A stretch of DNA of 64,000 nt from Elusimicrobiota bacterium (GCA_030696455.1 JAUYSH010000026.1:8764-72763); one strand, 5' to 3'. Shown: positions 33,216-42,289, numbered from the stretch's first letter. A program made the numbers and translations. Notes: generated by a model from the sequence alone, not told the origin.

Positions 33216-34378
33216 TGGCCAAGCTCCCCCTCATCCCCCTCTCCGCTCCGGCCGTCGGCGGCAACGCCTGGCGCTACGTCAAAGACTGCCTCGACACCGG
33301 CTGGGTTTCCTCCGTCGGCCGATACGTCTCGGATTTCGAGCGCTCGACGGCCGCGTTCACCGGCTCCAAACACGCCGTCGCCTGCGTCAACGGGACCGCC
33401 GGCCTGCACGCCTCGCTGACGATGTCCGGAATCGGCCGCGGCGACGCCGTGCTCGTGCCCGCCCTCACCTTCATCGCGACGGCCAACGCCGTCGCCTACA
33501 CCGGCGCGGCCTGCCTGTTCGTCGACTGCGAACCCAGGCGCTTCAACATGGATTTCGCGCGCCTGGAGGAATACCTCGAGAAAAGCTGCGTTCGCCGTCG
33601 CGGCGGAGCGCTCATCCACAAGAGCACGGGTCTGCGCGTCAAGGCGTTGATGCCCGCCCACATCCTCGGCTACCCGGCCGATCTCGACGCCGCACAGCGG
33701 CTTTGCCGCCGCTTTGGTTTGATATTGATCGAAGACGCGGCCGAGAGCGTCGGTTCGACCTGGCGCGGGCGGCACACCGGGCTGTACGGCCGCTTCGGCG
33801 TGCTCAGCTTCAACGGCAACAAGCTCATCACCACCGGCGGCGGCGGCATGATCTTGGCCCAGAGCGCGAGCCTGGCCCGGCGAGCTAAGCACCTGACGAC
33901 GCAGGCGAAATCGCATCCGACCGAGTACGCCCACGACGCCGTCGGCTGGAACTACCGCCTGACCAACGTCCTCGCCGCGCTCGGCGTGTCGCAGATGGAG
34001 CTCCTGCCCTCCTACCTTGAGAAACGGCGCAAGATCGCCGGTTGGTATCGCGCGACGCTCCCCGGGGTCCCAGTCGCGGCCGAGGACCCTCGCGCCGTCT
34101 GGAACCGATGGCTGTTCGCGGCGGAGGTCCCCGGGGCCAAGGACAAGGCCCGCCTGCTCGCCGCGATGGACGCGGCCGCCTGCCAGGCCCGGCCCCTGTG
34201 GCAGCCGATCCCGACGCAGAAGCCCTACCGCGGACATCCGTCGATGCCCATCCCGGCCGCGCTCGCCGCTTACGCTCGGACCATCAACATCCCCTCCACG
34301 ACGACGATGACACGCGCCGACGCCGCCCGCGTCGCGGCGGTCCTGCGCCGCGCGCCCCTGACGCGCCTGCTCGCCTGA
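33215..34378 (+). CDS. legC: LegC-family aminotransferase (DegT/DnrJ/EryC1/StrS)
   Basis: IPLSAPAVGGNAWRYVKDCLDTGWVSSVGRYV, PALTFIATANAV, IEDAAESVGS, LSFNGNKLITTGGGGMI (PLP Lys), KHLTTQAK, GWNYRLTNVLAALGVSQ. Confidence 0.85.
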   Translation: MAKLPLIPLSAPAVGGNAWRYVKDCLDTGWVSSVGRYVSDFERSTAAFTGSKHAVACVNGTAGLHASLTMSGIGRGDAVLVPALTFIATANAVAYTGAACLFVDCEPRRFNMDFARLEEYLEKSCVRRRGGALIHKSTGLRVKALMPAHILGYPADLDAAQRLCRRFGLILIEDAAESVGSTWRGRHTGLYGRFGVLSFNGNKLITTGGGGMILAQSASLARRAKHLTTQAKSHPTEYAHDAVGWNYRLTNVLAALGVSQMELLPSYLEKRRKIAGWYRATLPGVPVAAEDPRAVWNRWLFAAEVPGAKDKARLLAAMDAAACQARPLWQPIPTQKPYRGHPSMPIPAALAAYARTINIPSTTTMTRADAARVAAVLRRAPLTRLLA

Positions 34379-34384
34379 TCCGAG

Positions 34385-36154
34385 ATGAGGCTCAAGAACT
34401 TCGCCGCCGACATCTGGAAGCGCCACCCCGCGGCGCTGACGAGCAACGCGCTCCTGATGCTCGGGACGAGCCTCCTCGAGGCGGCCTCGATCTTCCTGAT
34501 CGCCCCGGTCGTCGACAACCTGCTCGCCGCCCCCGGGCGCTCGGCGAGCGCCGTCACGCTCCGATTCGAAGCCGCGGCGGCCGCGCTGGGCCTGGGCGCG
34601 GGGCTGACGACCGCGCTCGGCGCGTTCCTCGTCTTCAATCTGCTTCGCGCGCTCATGCAGACCTTCGCCTGGAACATGATCCTGCGCACGAAGTATCGGG
34701 TGATGACGGACCTCACCGTCGGGACCTTCGAGGACTTCCTCAACGCGAGCTGGCGCTTCTTCAGCTCGAGCTCGCAAGGGACGCTCGTCAACGCGTTCAC
34801 GCGCGAGACGAACAACGTCGGCCAGGGGTTCATCTACCTCGCGAGCCTGATCTCCGTTCTCCTCCAACTCGCCATCCTGACCGCGGTGCCGCTGCTGATC
34901 TCCTGGAAGGTCACCGCGGCGAGCGTCGCCGTCGCGGCGGTCCTCGCTCTGCCGTTCATGCGCCTGGGCCGCCGGAACTACACGCTCGCGCAGACCATCA
35001 CGCGGTCGGCCAACGAGATGACGGCCGTGATCCATGAGCATCTGGGCCTGGCCAAGATCATCCTGAGCTTCGGCGAGCAGCGCCGCAGCGTGGGCGACCT
35101 CAACCGCGCCTACGAGGCGCTGGCCCAGCCGATCATCCGTTGCGAGACCTTGCTCATCGCGCTGCCTCAGCTCTACCAGCCCTTCGGCATCCTCATCGTG
35201 TCCGTCTCCCTGCTCATCGCGCGCAGGCTCGAAGTCCCCCTCTCGGAGACCGCCGTGCTCTTCTATTCTCTGTTCAAGCTGATCCCGCTCATCGGCCAGA
35301 TCACGGAGAAGAAGACCGCGCTCGACGCGATGCTCCCCAGCTACGAACAGATCTCCGGGCTGCGCGATAAGGCGCGCGCCCTGCGCCAGCCGACGGGCAG
35401 CCGGCCGTTCCGAGGCCTCGCCGGGGACATCCGGCTCGAGGACGTCGTCTTCGCCCATCCCGGGAACGCGCCCGCCCTCGCCGGCGTCACCTTGAGCATC
35501 CGCAAAGGCCGCATGACCGCGCTCGTGGGCGAGTCCGGCGCCGGTAAATCCACGGTCGCGGACCTGGTCCTCGGCCATTACGCTCCCCAGGCGGGCCGCC
35601 TGCTCATCGACGGCGCCCCCTTCGCCGAGCTCGACGTCGATTCCTTCCGCCGCCGCATCGGCTACGTGTCCCAGGAGAGCCTCCTGTTCAACATGAGCGT
35701 GCGGGAGAACATGCTCTGGGCCAAGGCCGACGCGACGCAGGCCGAGCTCGACGCCGCCTTCCGCCAGGCGAACGCCGATGAATTCATCGCGCGCCTGCCG
35801 GACGGAGACCGCACCGTGATCGGCGATCGGGGCGTGCGGCTGTCGGGCGGCCAGCTCCAGCGCCTCGCGCTGGCGCGCGCGGTGCTGCGCAAGCCCGACC
35901 TCCTGATCCTCGACGAGGCCACGAGCGCGCTCGACACCCAATCCGAGCGCCTGATCCAGGAAGCCATCGAGCGGATCGGCCGGGAGACGACGGTGCTCGC
36001 CATCGCGCATCGCCTGTCGACGATCAGCCGGGCCGACGCGATCTACGTCCTCGAGCAAGGGCGCGTCGTCGAGCAGGGGACTTACGAAGAGCTCGTGGCC
36101 CGCGGCGGGAAATTCAGCGCGATGGCCCGCCTGCAGAGCACGGAGAAGGCATGA
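34385..36154 (+). CDS. ABC exporter, fused permease/ATPase (MsbA/PglK-like)
   Basis: Six predicted TM helices. Then Walker A GESGAGKST, signature LSGGQLQRLALARA, Walker B LLILDEATSALD and H-loop IAHRL. Confidence 0.9.
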   Translation: MRLKNFAADIWKRHPAALTSNALLMLGTSLLEAASIFLIAPVVDNLLAAPGRSASAVTLRFEAAAAALGLGAGLTTALGAFLVFNLLRALMQTFAWNMILRTKYRVMTDLTVGTFEDFLNASWRFFSSSSQGTLVNAFTRETNNVGQGFIYLASLISVLLQLAILTAVPLLISWKVTAASVAVAAVLALPFMRLGRRNYTLAQTITRSANEMTAVIHEHLGLAKIILSFGEQRRSVGDLNRAYEALAQPIIRCETLLIALPQLYQPFGILIVSVSLLIARRLEVPLSETAVLFYSLFKLIPLIGQITEKKTALDAMLPSYEQISGLRDKARALRQPTGSRPFRGLAGDIRLEDVVFAHPGNAPALAGVTLSIRKGRMTALVGESGAGKSTVADLVLGHYAPQAGRLLIDGAPFAELDVDSFRRRIGYVSQESLLFNMSVRENMLWAKADATQAELDAAFRQANADEFIARLPDGDRTVIGDRGVRLSGGQLQRLALARAVLRKPDLLILDEATSALDTQSERLIQEAIERIGRETTVLAIAHRLSTISRADAIYVLEQGRVVEQGTYEELVARGGKFSAMARLQSTEKA

Positions 36155-37203
36155 GCCTCGACCGCGCCCTGACCGTCATCCTTCCGGTCCGCGGCAGGCT
36201 GGACTACACTTTGCGCTGGCTTCGCTGGCTCGAAGCCTCGGGGCTCCCCTGCCGCGTGATCGTCGCGGACGGCTCGGAGGCCGCCGACGCCGCGGCGGCC
36301 GCGCGCGCGGTCGCCGCCGGCGCGGCCAAGGGCCTCCCCTGGGCCCATCGGATCCCGGACCAGGCCCGCGCCGGCATACTCGCGCGCGTGACCGACGCGG
36401 CGGCGGCCGTCGAGACCCCCTACGCGGCACTCGCGGCCAACGATGATTTTCCGCTCGCCGCGGGCCTGGCCGCGTGCGCGGCCGCGCTCGATGCCCGCCC
36501 CGACGCGGCGGCCTGCGGCGGCCCCGCCATGGCCATCGCGCTGCCTGCCGACGAGCCGGTCTGGTCCAAGCGAGCGAGCGCCCGTCCTCCGGCGGCACGC
36601 GCGGCTTTCTCGGCCGGAACGGCGCTGAGCCGCGTCGAGGACATCCTCGACACCTACGACCCGCTCTGGTACGACGTGCAAAGGACCGGGGTGATGCGCG
36701 ACGCTTTCGTCCGCATCGAGCGTTCGGGCCTGCGCGACCTGAACCTCAGCGAGCTGCTTCACGCCGCCGCCGTCGCGGCGGCGGGCCCTGTGCTCCGCGC
36801 GAGCGTCCCGCATCTCGCCCGCCAGGAGGATGCCGCCAGCTCCGCCTCGGCGGAGATCGCTGGCCGGGGCGACCTCCTATCGGAGATCCTGTCCGACGGT
36901 TGGGGCGCCCAGTTCGAAGCGTTCATCGCCGCCGCGGCCGACGCCGCCGGCGATCCGCAGGCGCGGCCTCGAGTCCGCGCCGCCTATGCCCGCTACGCGC
37001 GCGCCGCCCTGGCTCGAACCCCCGGCTTCGGCGGCGGCCTCCCGCTGCGCCGCCGCGTCGCCGCCGCGGTGAAATCCGCCCTCGGAGAACGCGCGGTCTC
37101 GGCGCTGCGCCGCGCGCGGCCCGCTCCGTCCTTCCCGGTCCCCGACGAGCTGGCTCCGGTCCTCGCCTTCCTCGCAAGCGGGCCGTCCGGAGGCGGCCGG
37201 TGA
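36151..37203 (+). CDS. Hypothetical Ala-rich protein, possible GT-A-like glycosyltransferase domain
   Basis: LTVILPVRGRLDYTLRWLRWL...VIVADGS resembles a GT2-like N-terminus. The rest is low complexity. Supported mainly by ATGA/GTGA coupling at both ends and operon context. Confidence 0.45.
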   Translation: MSLDRALTVILPVRGRLDYTLRWLRWLEASGLPCRVIVADGSEAADAAAAARAVAAGAAKGLPWAHRIPDQARAGILARVTDAAAAVETPYAALAANDDFPLAAGLAACAAALDARPDAAACGGPAMAIALPADEPVWSKRASARPPAARAAFSAGTALSRVEDILDTYDPLWYDVQRTGVMRDAFVRIERSGLRDLNLSELLHAAAVAAAGPVLRASVPHLARQEDAASSASAEIAGRGDLLSEILSDGWGAQFEAFIAAAADAAGDPQARPRVRAAYARYARAALARTPGFGGGLPLRRRVAAAVKSALGERAVSALRRARPAPSFPVPDELAPVLAFLASGPSGGGR

Positions 37204-37745
37204 AGTTCCTCGAAACGAAGGTCGCCGGCGCGTTCATCCTCGACATCGAGCCGCGGCGGGACGCGCGCGGCTATTTCGCCCGGACCTTCGATCGCTCCGA
37301 GTTCCGCCGCCGCGGCCTGGCCTCGTCCTTCGCCGAGTGCAGCGTCTCCTTCAACGAGCGCCGCGGCACCCTGCGCGGCCTCCATTATCAGATCCGCCCT
37401 CATCCGGAGGCCAAGCTCGTGCGCTGCACGCGCGGGCGGATCCACGACGTGATCCTCGACCTTCGGCCCCGTTCGCCGACCCGAGGCCGCTGGCACGCCG
37501 TCGAGCTCGGCGCCGAGAACGGGCGCCTTCTTTACATACCCGAAGGCGTCGCGCACGGCTTCCTGACCCTCGAGGCCCGCTCCGAGGTCTACTACGAGAT
37601 CTCCGCCCCTTACGCCCCCGCGTGCGCCCGCGGCATCCGGTGGGACGATCCGACCTTCGCCATCCGCTGGCCCGCCCCGCCCAAGGTCATCTCGGAGCGC
37701 GACCGCGCCTACCCCGACTACGCCGGGCGCGGAGTCCGGCGATGA
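37200..37745 (+). CDS. NDP-4-keto-6-deoxyhexose 3,5-epimerase (RfbC/RmlC cupin family)
   Basis: FILDIEPRRDARGYFARTF, RGTLRGLHYQ, KLVRCTRGRIHDVILDLR, LYIPEGVAHGF. GTGA overlap at 37200. Confidence 0.85.
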   Translation: MKFLETKVAGAFILDIEPRRDARGYFARTFDRSEFRRRGLASSFAECSVSFNERRGTLRGLHYQIRPHPEAKLVRCTRGRIHDVILDLRPRSPTRGRWHAVELGAENGRLLYIPEGVAHGFLTLEARSEVYYEISAPYAPACARGIRWDDPTFAIRWPAPPKVISERDRAYPDYAGRGVRR

Positions 37746-38896
37746 CCCCGGCGTGCCCGGTCTGCTCCTCGACGCGCGTCGAGGAGTTCCTGCGCCGCGA
37801 CGCCGTCCCGGTGCATCAGAACCTCGTTTTCCGGGACCGCGCCGCCGCCGCCGCCGTCCGCCGCGGGAACCTGTCGATGAACGCGTGCTCCTCGTGCGGC
37901 TTCGTCTTCAACGCCGCGTTCGACCCTTCCCTGCTGGCCTACGGCGCGGATTACGACAACACTCAGGACTGCTCGCCGGCCTTCGGCGCGCACCTCGACG
38001 CCCTCGCGGCCCGCGTCGTCTCCGGGCGCGGCGTCCGCGGCGCGCGCATCGTCGAGGTCGGCTGCGGCAAGGGCGGATTCCTGCGCCGGCTCGTGGAGAC
38101 CGGCCCGGGCAACACCGGCGTCGGCTTCGACCCCAGCCATCAAGGTCCTGAAAGCGAGCTCGACGGACGGCTGCGCTTCGAGCGGCGCTTTTACGACGCC
38201 TCCTGCGCCAACGTCCCCGCCGACGCCGTCGTCTGCCGCCACGTGATCGAGCATGTCGCCGATCCGGTCGCGCTCCTCCGCGCCGTCCGGGGCGCGCTGG
38301 CGAACTCCCCCGGAGCCAAGGTCTTCTTCGAGACGCCTTGCGTCGATTGGATCCTGCGCGGCGGCGTGGTCTGGGACTTTTTTTACGAGCACTGCTCCCT
38401 GTTCACCCTCGCCTCCCTCTCGACGGCGTTCGAAACGGCCGGCTTCGTCGTCGAGGAGAAGCGGCACGTCTTCGACGGCCAGTACCTGTGGATCGAGGCG
38501 CGGCCCGCCTCCGCCCCGGCCCCCGTCACGAAACAGCCCGGAGATACGCCCGCCCTGGCGAAGGCGTTCTCCCGCGACGAGCCGCTCACGCTCGCCCGCT
38601 GGCGCGAACAGGCGGCCTCGGCCCGCGGGGCCGGGAAGGTCGCCGTCTGGGGCGCCGGCGCGAAAGGGGCGACCTTCGCGAACCTCATCGACCCCCGCGG
38701 CGAAGCCGTCGATTGCCTCATCGACGTCAACCCCCGCAAACGCGGCGCGTTTCTCGCGGGCACCGGACACCCGATCGTCGCGCCCGAGGACGCCGCCGTC
38801 CGCGGCGTCGCCAGCGCCGTGCTGATGAACCCGAACTACCGCGCCGAGATCGAAGCCCAGCTCGCGCGGCTCGGGACGCCTCTGCGTCTTTTATAG
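37742..38896 (+). CDS. Second NDP-hexose C-methyltransferase-like protein
   Basis: Zn-ribbon CPVCSS...CSSCGF. MT core IVEVGCGKGGFL, VCRHVIEHVADP. C-terminal VAVWGAGAKGATFANL...DVNPRKRG domain. Same architecture as the gene at 2478. Confidence 0.78.
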   Translation: MTPACPVCSSTRVEEFLRRDAVPVHQNLVFRDRAAAAAVRRGNLSMNACSSCGFVFNAAFDPSLLAYGADYDNTQDCSPAFGAHLDALAARVVSGRGVRGARIVEVGCGKGGFLRRLVETGPGNTGVGFDPSHQGPESELDGRLRFERRFYDASCANVPADAVVCRHVIEHVADPVALLRAVRGALANSPGAKVFFETPCVDWILRGGVVWDFFYEHCSLFTLASLSTAFETAGFVVEEKRHVFDGQYLWIEARPASAPAPVTKQPGDTPALAKAFSRDEPLTLARWREQAASARGAGKVAVWGAGAKGATFANLIDPRGEAVDCLIDVNPRKRGAFLAGTGHPIVAPEDAAVRGVASAVLMNPNYRAEIEAQLARLGTPLRLL

Positions 38897-38899
38897 GAT
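38894..38899 (+). promoter_or_regulatory. -10-like TAGGAT box, 6 nt upstream of ATG 38906
   Basis: Overlaps the TAG stop of the upstream gene. The AGGA could alternatively be an SD. Confidence 0.3.
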
Positions 38900-38905
38900 G
38901 ACATC

Positions 38906-39670
38906 ATGAAGATCACCATCGACAGCGAACTGCGCCGCCTCACCCGCGAAGACGGCGGACGGACGACCTCCTGCGACCTTTACTCCGATGAAGCCTTCGA
39001 GATCATCAGCCGCGAATGGGTCCGCATCGGCTGGAACCAGAAATACCAGTATTCCTTCAGCTGGATGGGCCGGCCGATCATCCAGCTTCCCGAAGACATG
39101 GTCCGCACCCAGGAGGTCATCCACCGCGTGAAGCCCGACGTGATCCTGGAGACCGGCATCGCCCACGGAGGCTCTTTGGTCTACTCGGCGAGCCTCTGCA
39201 AGATACTCGGAAAAGGCCGGGTGATCGGCGTCGACATCGAGATCCGCCCGCACAACCGCAAGGCGATCGAGGAGCACCCGCTCGCGCCCCTGATCACGAT
39301 GATCGAGGGCAGCTCCGTCGACCCCGCCGTCGTCGCGAAGGCCAAGGCGCTCGTGAAGCCCGGGGAAGCCGCGCTCGTGATCCTCGACTCCAACCACACG
39401 AAGGCGCACGTCCTCGCCGAGCTCGAGGCGTACCACGGCCTCGTCACCCCCGGCTCCTACATCGTGGCGACCGACGGCATCATGCTCGACCTGGCCGATG
39501 TCCCTCGCGGCGGGAAGGATTGGGCGAAGGACAATCCCACCGCGGCGGCCGCCGAGTTCGCCGCGAAGCACCCCGAATTCATCCTCGAGCAACCCGCGTG
39601 GCCGTTCAACGAGAGCACGCTCGCCGAGAACATCACGCACTGGCCCGGAGCCTGGCTGCGCCGCAGATGA
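38906..39670 (+). CDS. Cephalosporin-hydroxylase (CmcI) family methyltransferase
   Basis: WMGRPIIQLPEDMVRTQEVIHRVKPDVILETGIAHGGSLVYSA, VIGVDIEIRP, VILDSNHTKAHV. Confidence 0.78.
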   Translation: MKITIDSELRRLTREDGGRTTSCDLYSDEAFEIISREWVRIGWNQKYQYSFSWMGRPIIQLPEDMVRTQEVIHRVKPDVILETGIAHGGSLVYSASLCKILGKGRVIGVDIEIRPHNRKAIEEHPLAPLITMIEGSSVDPAVVAKAKALVKPGEAALVILDSNHTKAHVLAELEAYHGLVTPGSYIVATDGIMLDLADVPRGGKDWAKDNPTAAAAEFAAKHPEFILEQPAWPFNESTLAENITHWPGAWLRRR

Positions 39671-40599
39671 TCCCCCCGCACGGCGTCATGTTCCATCATT
39701 TCCACGGCGGGGATCATCCCGCCGGCCAGGGCTCCATGTCCGCCTCGGACCTGGAGGGGATGATCGCGTTCCTGGGGCGCAACAACATCCTGCCCGCACG
39801 GGAGTGGATGGACCGAGCGCTCGCGGGGCGCCTGCTCCCCGGCGAGCTGTGCCTGACCTTCGACGACGGGCTTCGCTGCCAGTGGGACGTCGCCTATCCC
39901 GTGATGAAGGCTCTGGGCCTCGACGCCTTCTGGTTCGTCTACACGTCACCGCTCGAAGGGCGCGTGGAGCGGCTCGAGCTGTACCGGTATTTTCGCACCG
40001 TCCGTTATCCCGACGTCGCGGACTTCTATCGCGCCTTCGACGCGGCCGCGGCCGCGGGCCCGCACGCCTCAGCCGTCGCGTCGGCTCTCGCCGGCTTCGA
40101 CCCCAAGTCCCATCTCAAGGATTTCCCTTTCTACACGGACGCCGACCGCCGCTTCCGCTTCACGCGAGACAAGGCGCTCGGCCCCGCGCGCTACAACGAG
40201 GTCATGGACGCGATGATGGCGGCCGCGGGCTTCGCGTCGAAGGGCCTCGCCGCGAAGCTGTGGATCGACGACGAGGTCGTAGCCCGCCTGCACGCCGAGG
40301 GCCATGTGATCGGCCTGCACTCGCACACCCATCCGACGCAGCTGTGCGCGCTGCCGCCCGCCGAGCAGGAACGCGAGTACAGGCTCAACTCCGCGCACCT
40401 CGCGAAGGTCATCGGCCGCGCGCCGAACGCGATGTCTCATCCGTGCAATTCCTACGATGAGAGCACCCTCGCCTTCCTGAAAGGCTTCGGCCTCGAGTTC
40501 GGCTTTCGCGCGAACATGGCGATGTCCGCCTCGCACGGGCCGCTCGAGCACCCGCGCGAGGACCACGCGAACATCCTGAAGGCGATGAGGGGAACATGA
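39667..40599 (+). CDS. Polysaccharide deacetylase (NodB homology) family protein
   Basis: LTFDDGLRCQWDVAYPVMKALGL (TFDDG motif), IGLHSHTHP. ATGA overlap at 39667. Confidence 0.75.
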   Translation: MIPPHGVMFHHFHGGDHPAGQGSMSASDLEGMIAFLGRNNILPAREWMDRALAGRLLPGELCLTFDDGLRCQWDVAYPVMKALGLDAFWFVYTSPLEGRVERLELYRYFRTVRYPDVADFYRAFDAAAAAGPHASAVASALAGFDPKSHLKDFPFYTDADRRFRFTRDKALGPARYNEVMDAMMAAAGFASKGLAAKLWIDDEVVARLHAEGHVIGLHSHTHPTQLCALPPAEQEREYRLNSAHLAKVIGRAPNAMSHPCNSYDESTLAFLKGFGLEFGFRANMAMSASHGPLEHPREDHANILKAMRGT

Positions 40600-41402
40600 A
40601 GATCGCGGTTTTCACCAGCAACCAGCCGCGCCACCTGTCGCTGATCGAGCGACTCGCCTCGGTCGCGGACGAGGTCGTCGCCGTCGTCGAATGCAACACG
40701 GTCTTCCCGGGAGAGGTCCAGGACTTCTACGGGAAGACCGAGGTCATGCGGCGATACTTCACCCGCGTGATCGCCGCGGAGACCACGGTCTTCGGACGGC
40801 CGCGTTTCCTCCCGGCCGCGGTGCGCGCCCTGCCGCTCAAGATGGGAGACCTCAACCGCCTCGAACCGGCCGCGCTGGCCCCGGCCCTCGACGCGGACGC
40901 CTTCATCGTCTTCGGCGCGAGCTACATCAAGGGCGCGCTGTGCGACGCCCTCGTCGAGCGCGGCGCCTACAACATCCACATGGGCCTTTCCCCGTACTAC
41001 CGCGGGAGCGGCTGCAATTTCTGGGCCCTGTACGACGGCCGGCCCGACCGCGTCGGCGCGACGGTCCACCTGCTGACCAAGGGCCTCGACTCGGGCCCGA
41101 TGGTCTTCCACGCGGTCCCCGCGCCGGAGGCCGTGGACGGCTTCGAGCTCGGGATGCGCGCGGTGGAAGCCGCCCATCAAGGCCTGGCCGCGAGGCTCGC
41201 CGACGGCAGCCTCCGGTCGCGAAAGCCCGTCCTCCAGGACAAGGCCCTCGAGCTGCGCTCCTCCCGCTACGCGGACTTCACGGACGCGGTCGTCGAGGAA
41301 TATCTCGGGCGGGAGATTCCGGCGGCCGAGATCGCCCGCGCCTTGAGCGCCCGGCGCGATGATGACCTGCTGCACCCGTTCATCGGAAGGAGACCTCAAT
41401 GA
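40596..41402 (+). CDS. Formyltransferase family protein (sugar N-formyltransferase-like)
   Basis: Canonical block YNIHMGLSPYYRGSG (N-x-H...P-x-x-R-G) and VHLLTKGLDSGPMV (Asp). ATGA overlap at 40596. Confidence 0.72.
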   Translation: MKIAVFTSNQPRHLSLIERLASVADEVVAVVECNTVFPGEVQDFYGKTEVMRRYFTRVIAAETTVFGRPRFLPAAVRALPLKMGDLNRLEPAALAPALDADAFIVFGASYIKGALCDALVERGAYNIHMGLSPYYRGSGCNFWALYDGRPDRVGATVHLLTKGLDSGPMVFHAVPAPEAVDGFELGMRAVEAAHQGLAARLADGSLRSRKPVLQDKALELRSSRYADFTDAVVEEYLGREIPAAEIARALSARRDDDLLHPFIGRRPQ

Positions 41403-42289
41403 CGACCGAAGTCGAGATCGGCTGGAAGGATTTTTTCAGGGTCAGCGCCTGCTCCGGCCTGCGCTACAAGCTGGACCTGGTGATCGGACGCGTCGCGCGC
41501 CAGGCGCTCGACGTCTACGACCTTCTGCAGAAAGGTGCCCAGGCCGCCCATGAAGGGAAGCTCACGCCGGAACGGGTCGAGGAGTTCCGCCGGCTCTGCG
41601 AGAACAAGCCCGACGATTACATCGACGCCCGCCAGGTGCCGTTCACCGAGGAGGAGCTCGCCCGCCCGACGGAATGGCAGCAATTCGGCGCCCAGCTCCT
41701 GCTCGAGACCCTGTCGGACGCGTCGCTCGGCATCCGCTCGGCGCTGAACGTCGGCGGATACAACGACCGCCACTTCAGCTACATGGCCCGGAAGTTCCCG
41801 GGCATCAAGTTCTGCTCCGTCGACTTCATGAGCGAAGCGAAGATGCACGTCTTCAACCGTCTGCTCCCGCAGAGCCCGAACTGGACGCTGAAGAGCGGCT
41901 ACGCGCTCGACCTGCTTCAGAAGGGAGCCGTCGACGCCGACCTGGTCTTCCTCGCCTCGACCTCCCTGCTGTTCAACAACGAGGAGCTAGACCTGTACCT
42001 CGCCGAAATGTCGAAGCGCTCGAAGGTGATCGTGATCAACGAGGGCTGGGGCGTCGTCTCGACGGGCAACCGCCTCTCCTCGCTCCCGATCCTGCCCAAG
42101 GTCATCCGTCCCGAGGACATCCCCGAAAACGAGCCCGTGGTGCGGTCGATGGCCGGCGTCTATTACTTCTACGCCCACAACTACCCGGCGAAGCTCGCCA
42201 AGCACGGGTTCGAGGTGCGGCTGTCGCGCATCCGGCCGAGCGGCAATCCGAGCCTCTACCTCTATCAGCTCGTCGCGGTCAAAAAATAA
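41399..42289 (+). CDS. Hypothetical protein (possible Rossmann/methyltransferase-like fold)
   Basis: 296 aa with balanced composition. ATGA overlap with the upstream gene. Last gene of the long + strand run. I recognise no family motif. Confidence 0.6.
   Translation: MTTEVEIGWKDFFRVSACSGLRYKLDLVIGRVARQALDVYDLLQKGAQAAHEGKLTPERVEEFRRLCENKPDDYIDARQVPFTEEELARPTEWQQFGAQLLLETLSDASLGIRSALNVGGYNDRHFSYMARKFPGIKFCSVDFMSEAKMHVFNRLLPQSPNWTLKSGYALDLLQKGAVDADLVFLASTSLLFNNEELDLYLAEMSKRSKVIVINEGWGVVSTGNRLSSLPILPKVIRPEDIPENEPVVRSMAGVYYFYAHNYPAKLAKHGFEVRLSRIRPSGNPSLYLYQLVAVKK

Noticed and set aside
33023-36058. 1011-aa minus-strand ORF
   Set aside because: It lies antisense to legC and the ABC exporter, both of which have textbook motifs on the + strand (PLP Lys block, Walker A/B, LSGGQ). 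Its composition is Arg/Gly/Asp/Glu-rich with no family signature.
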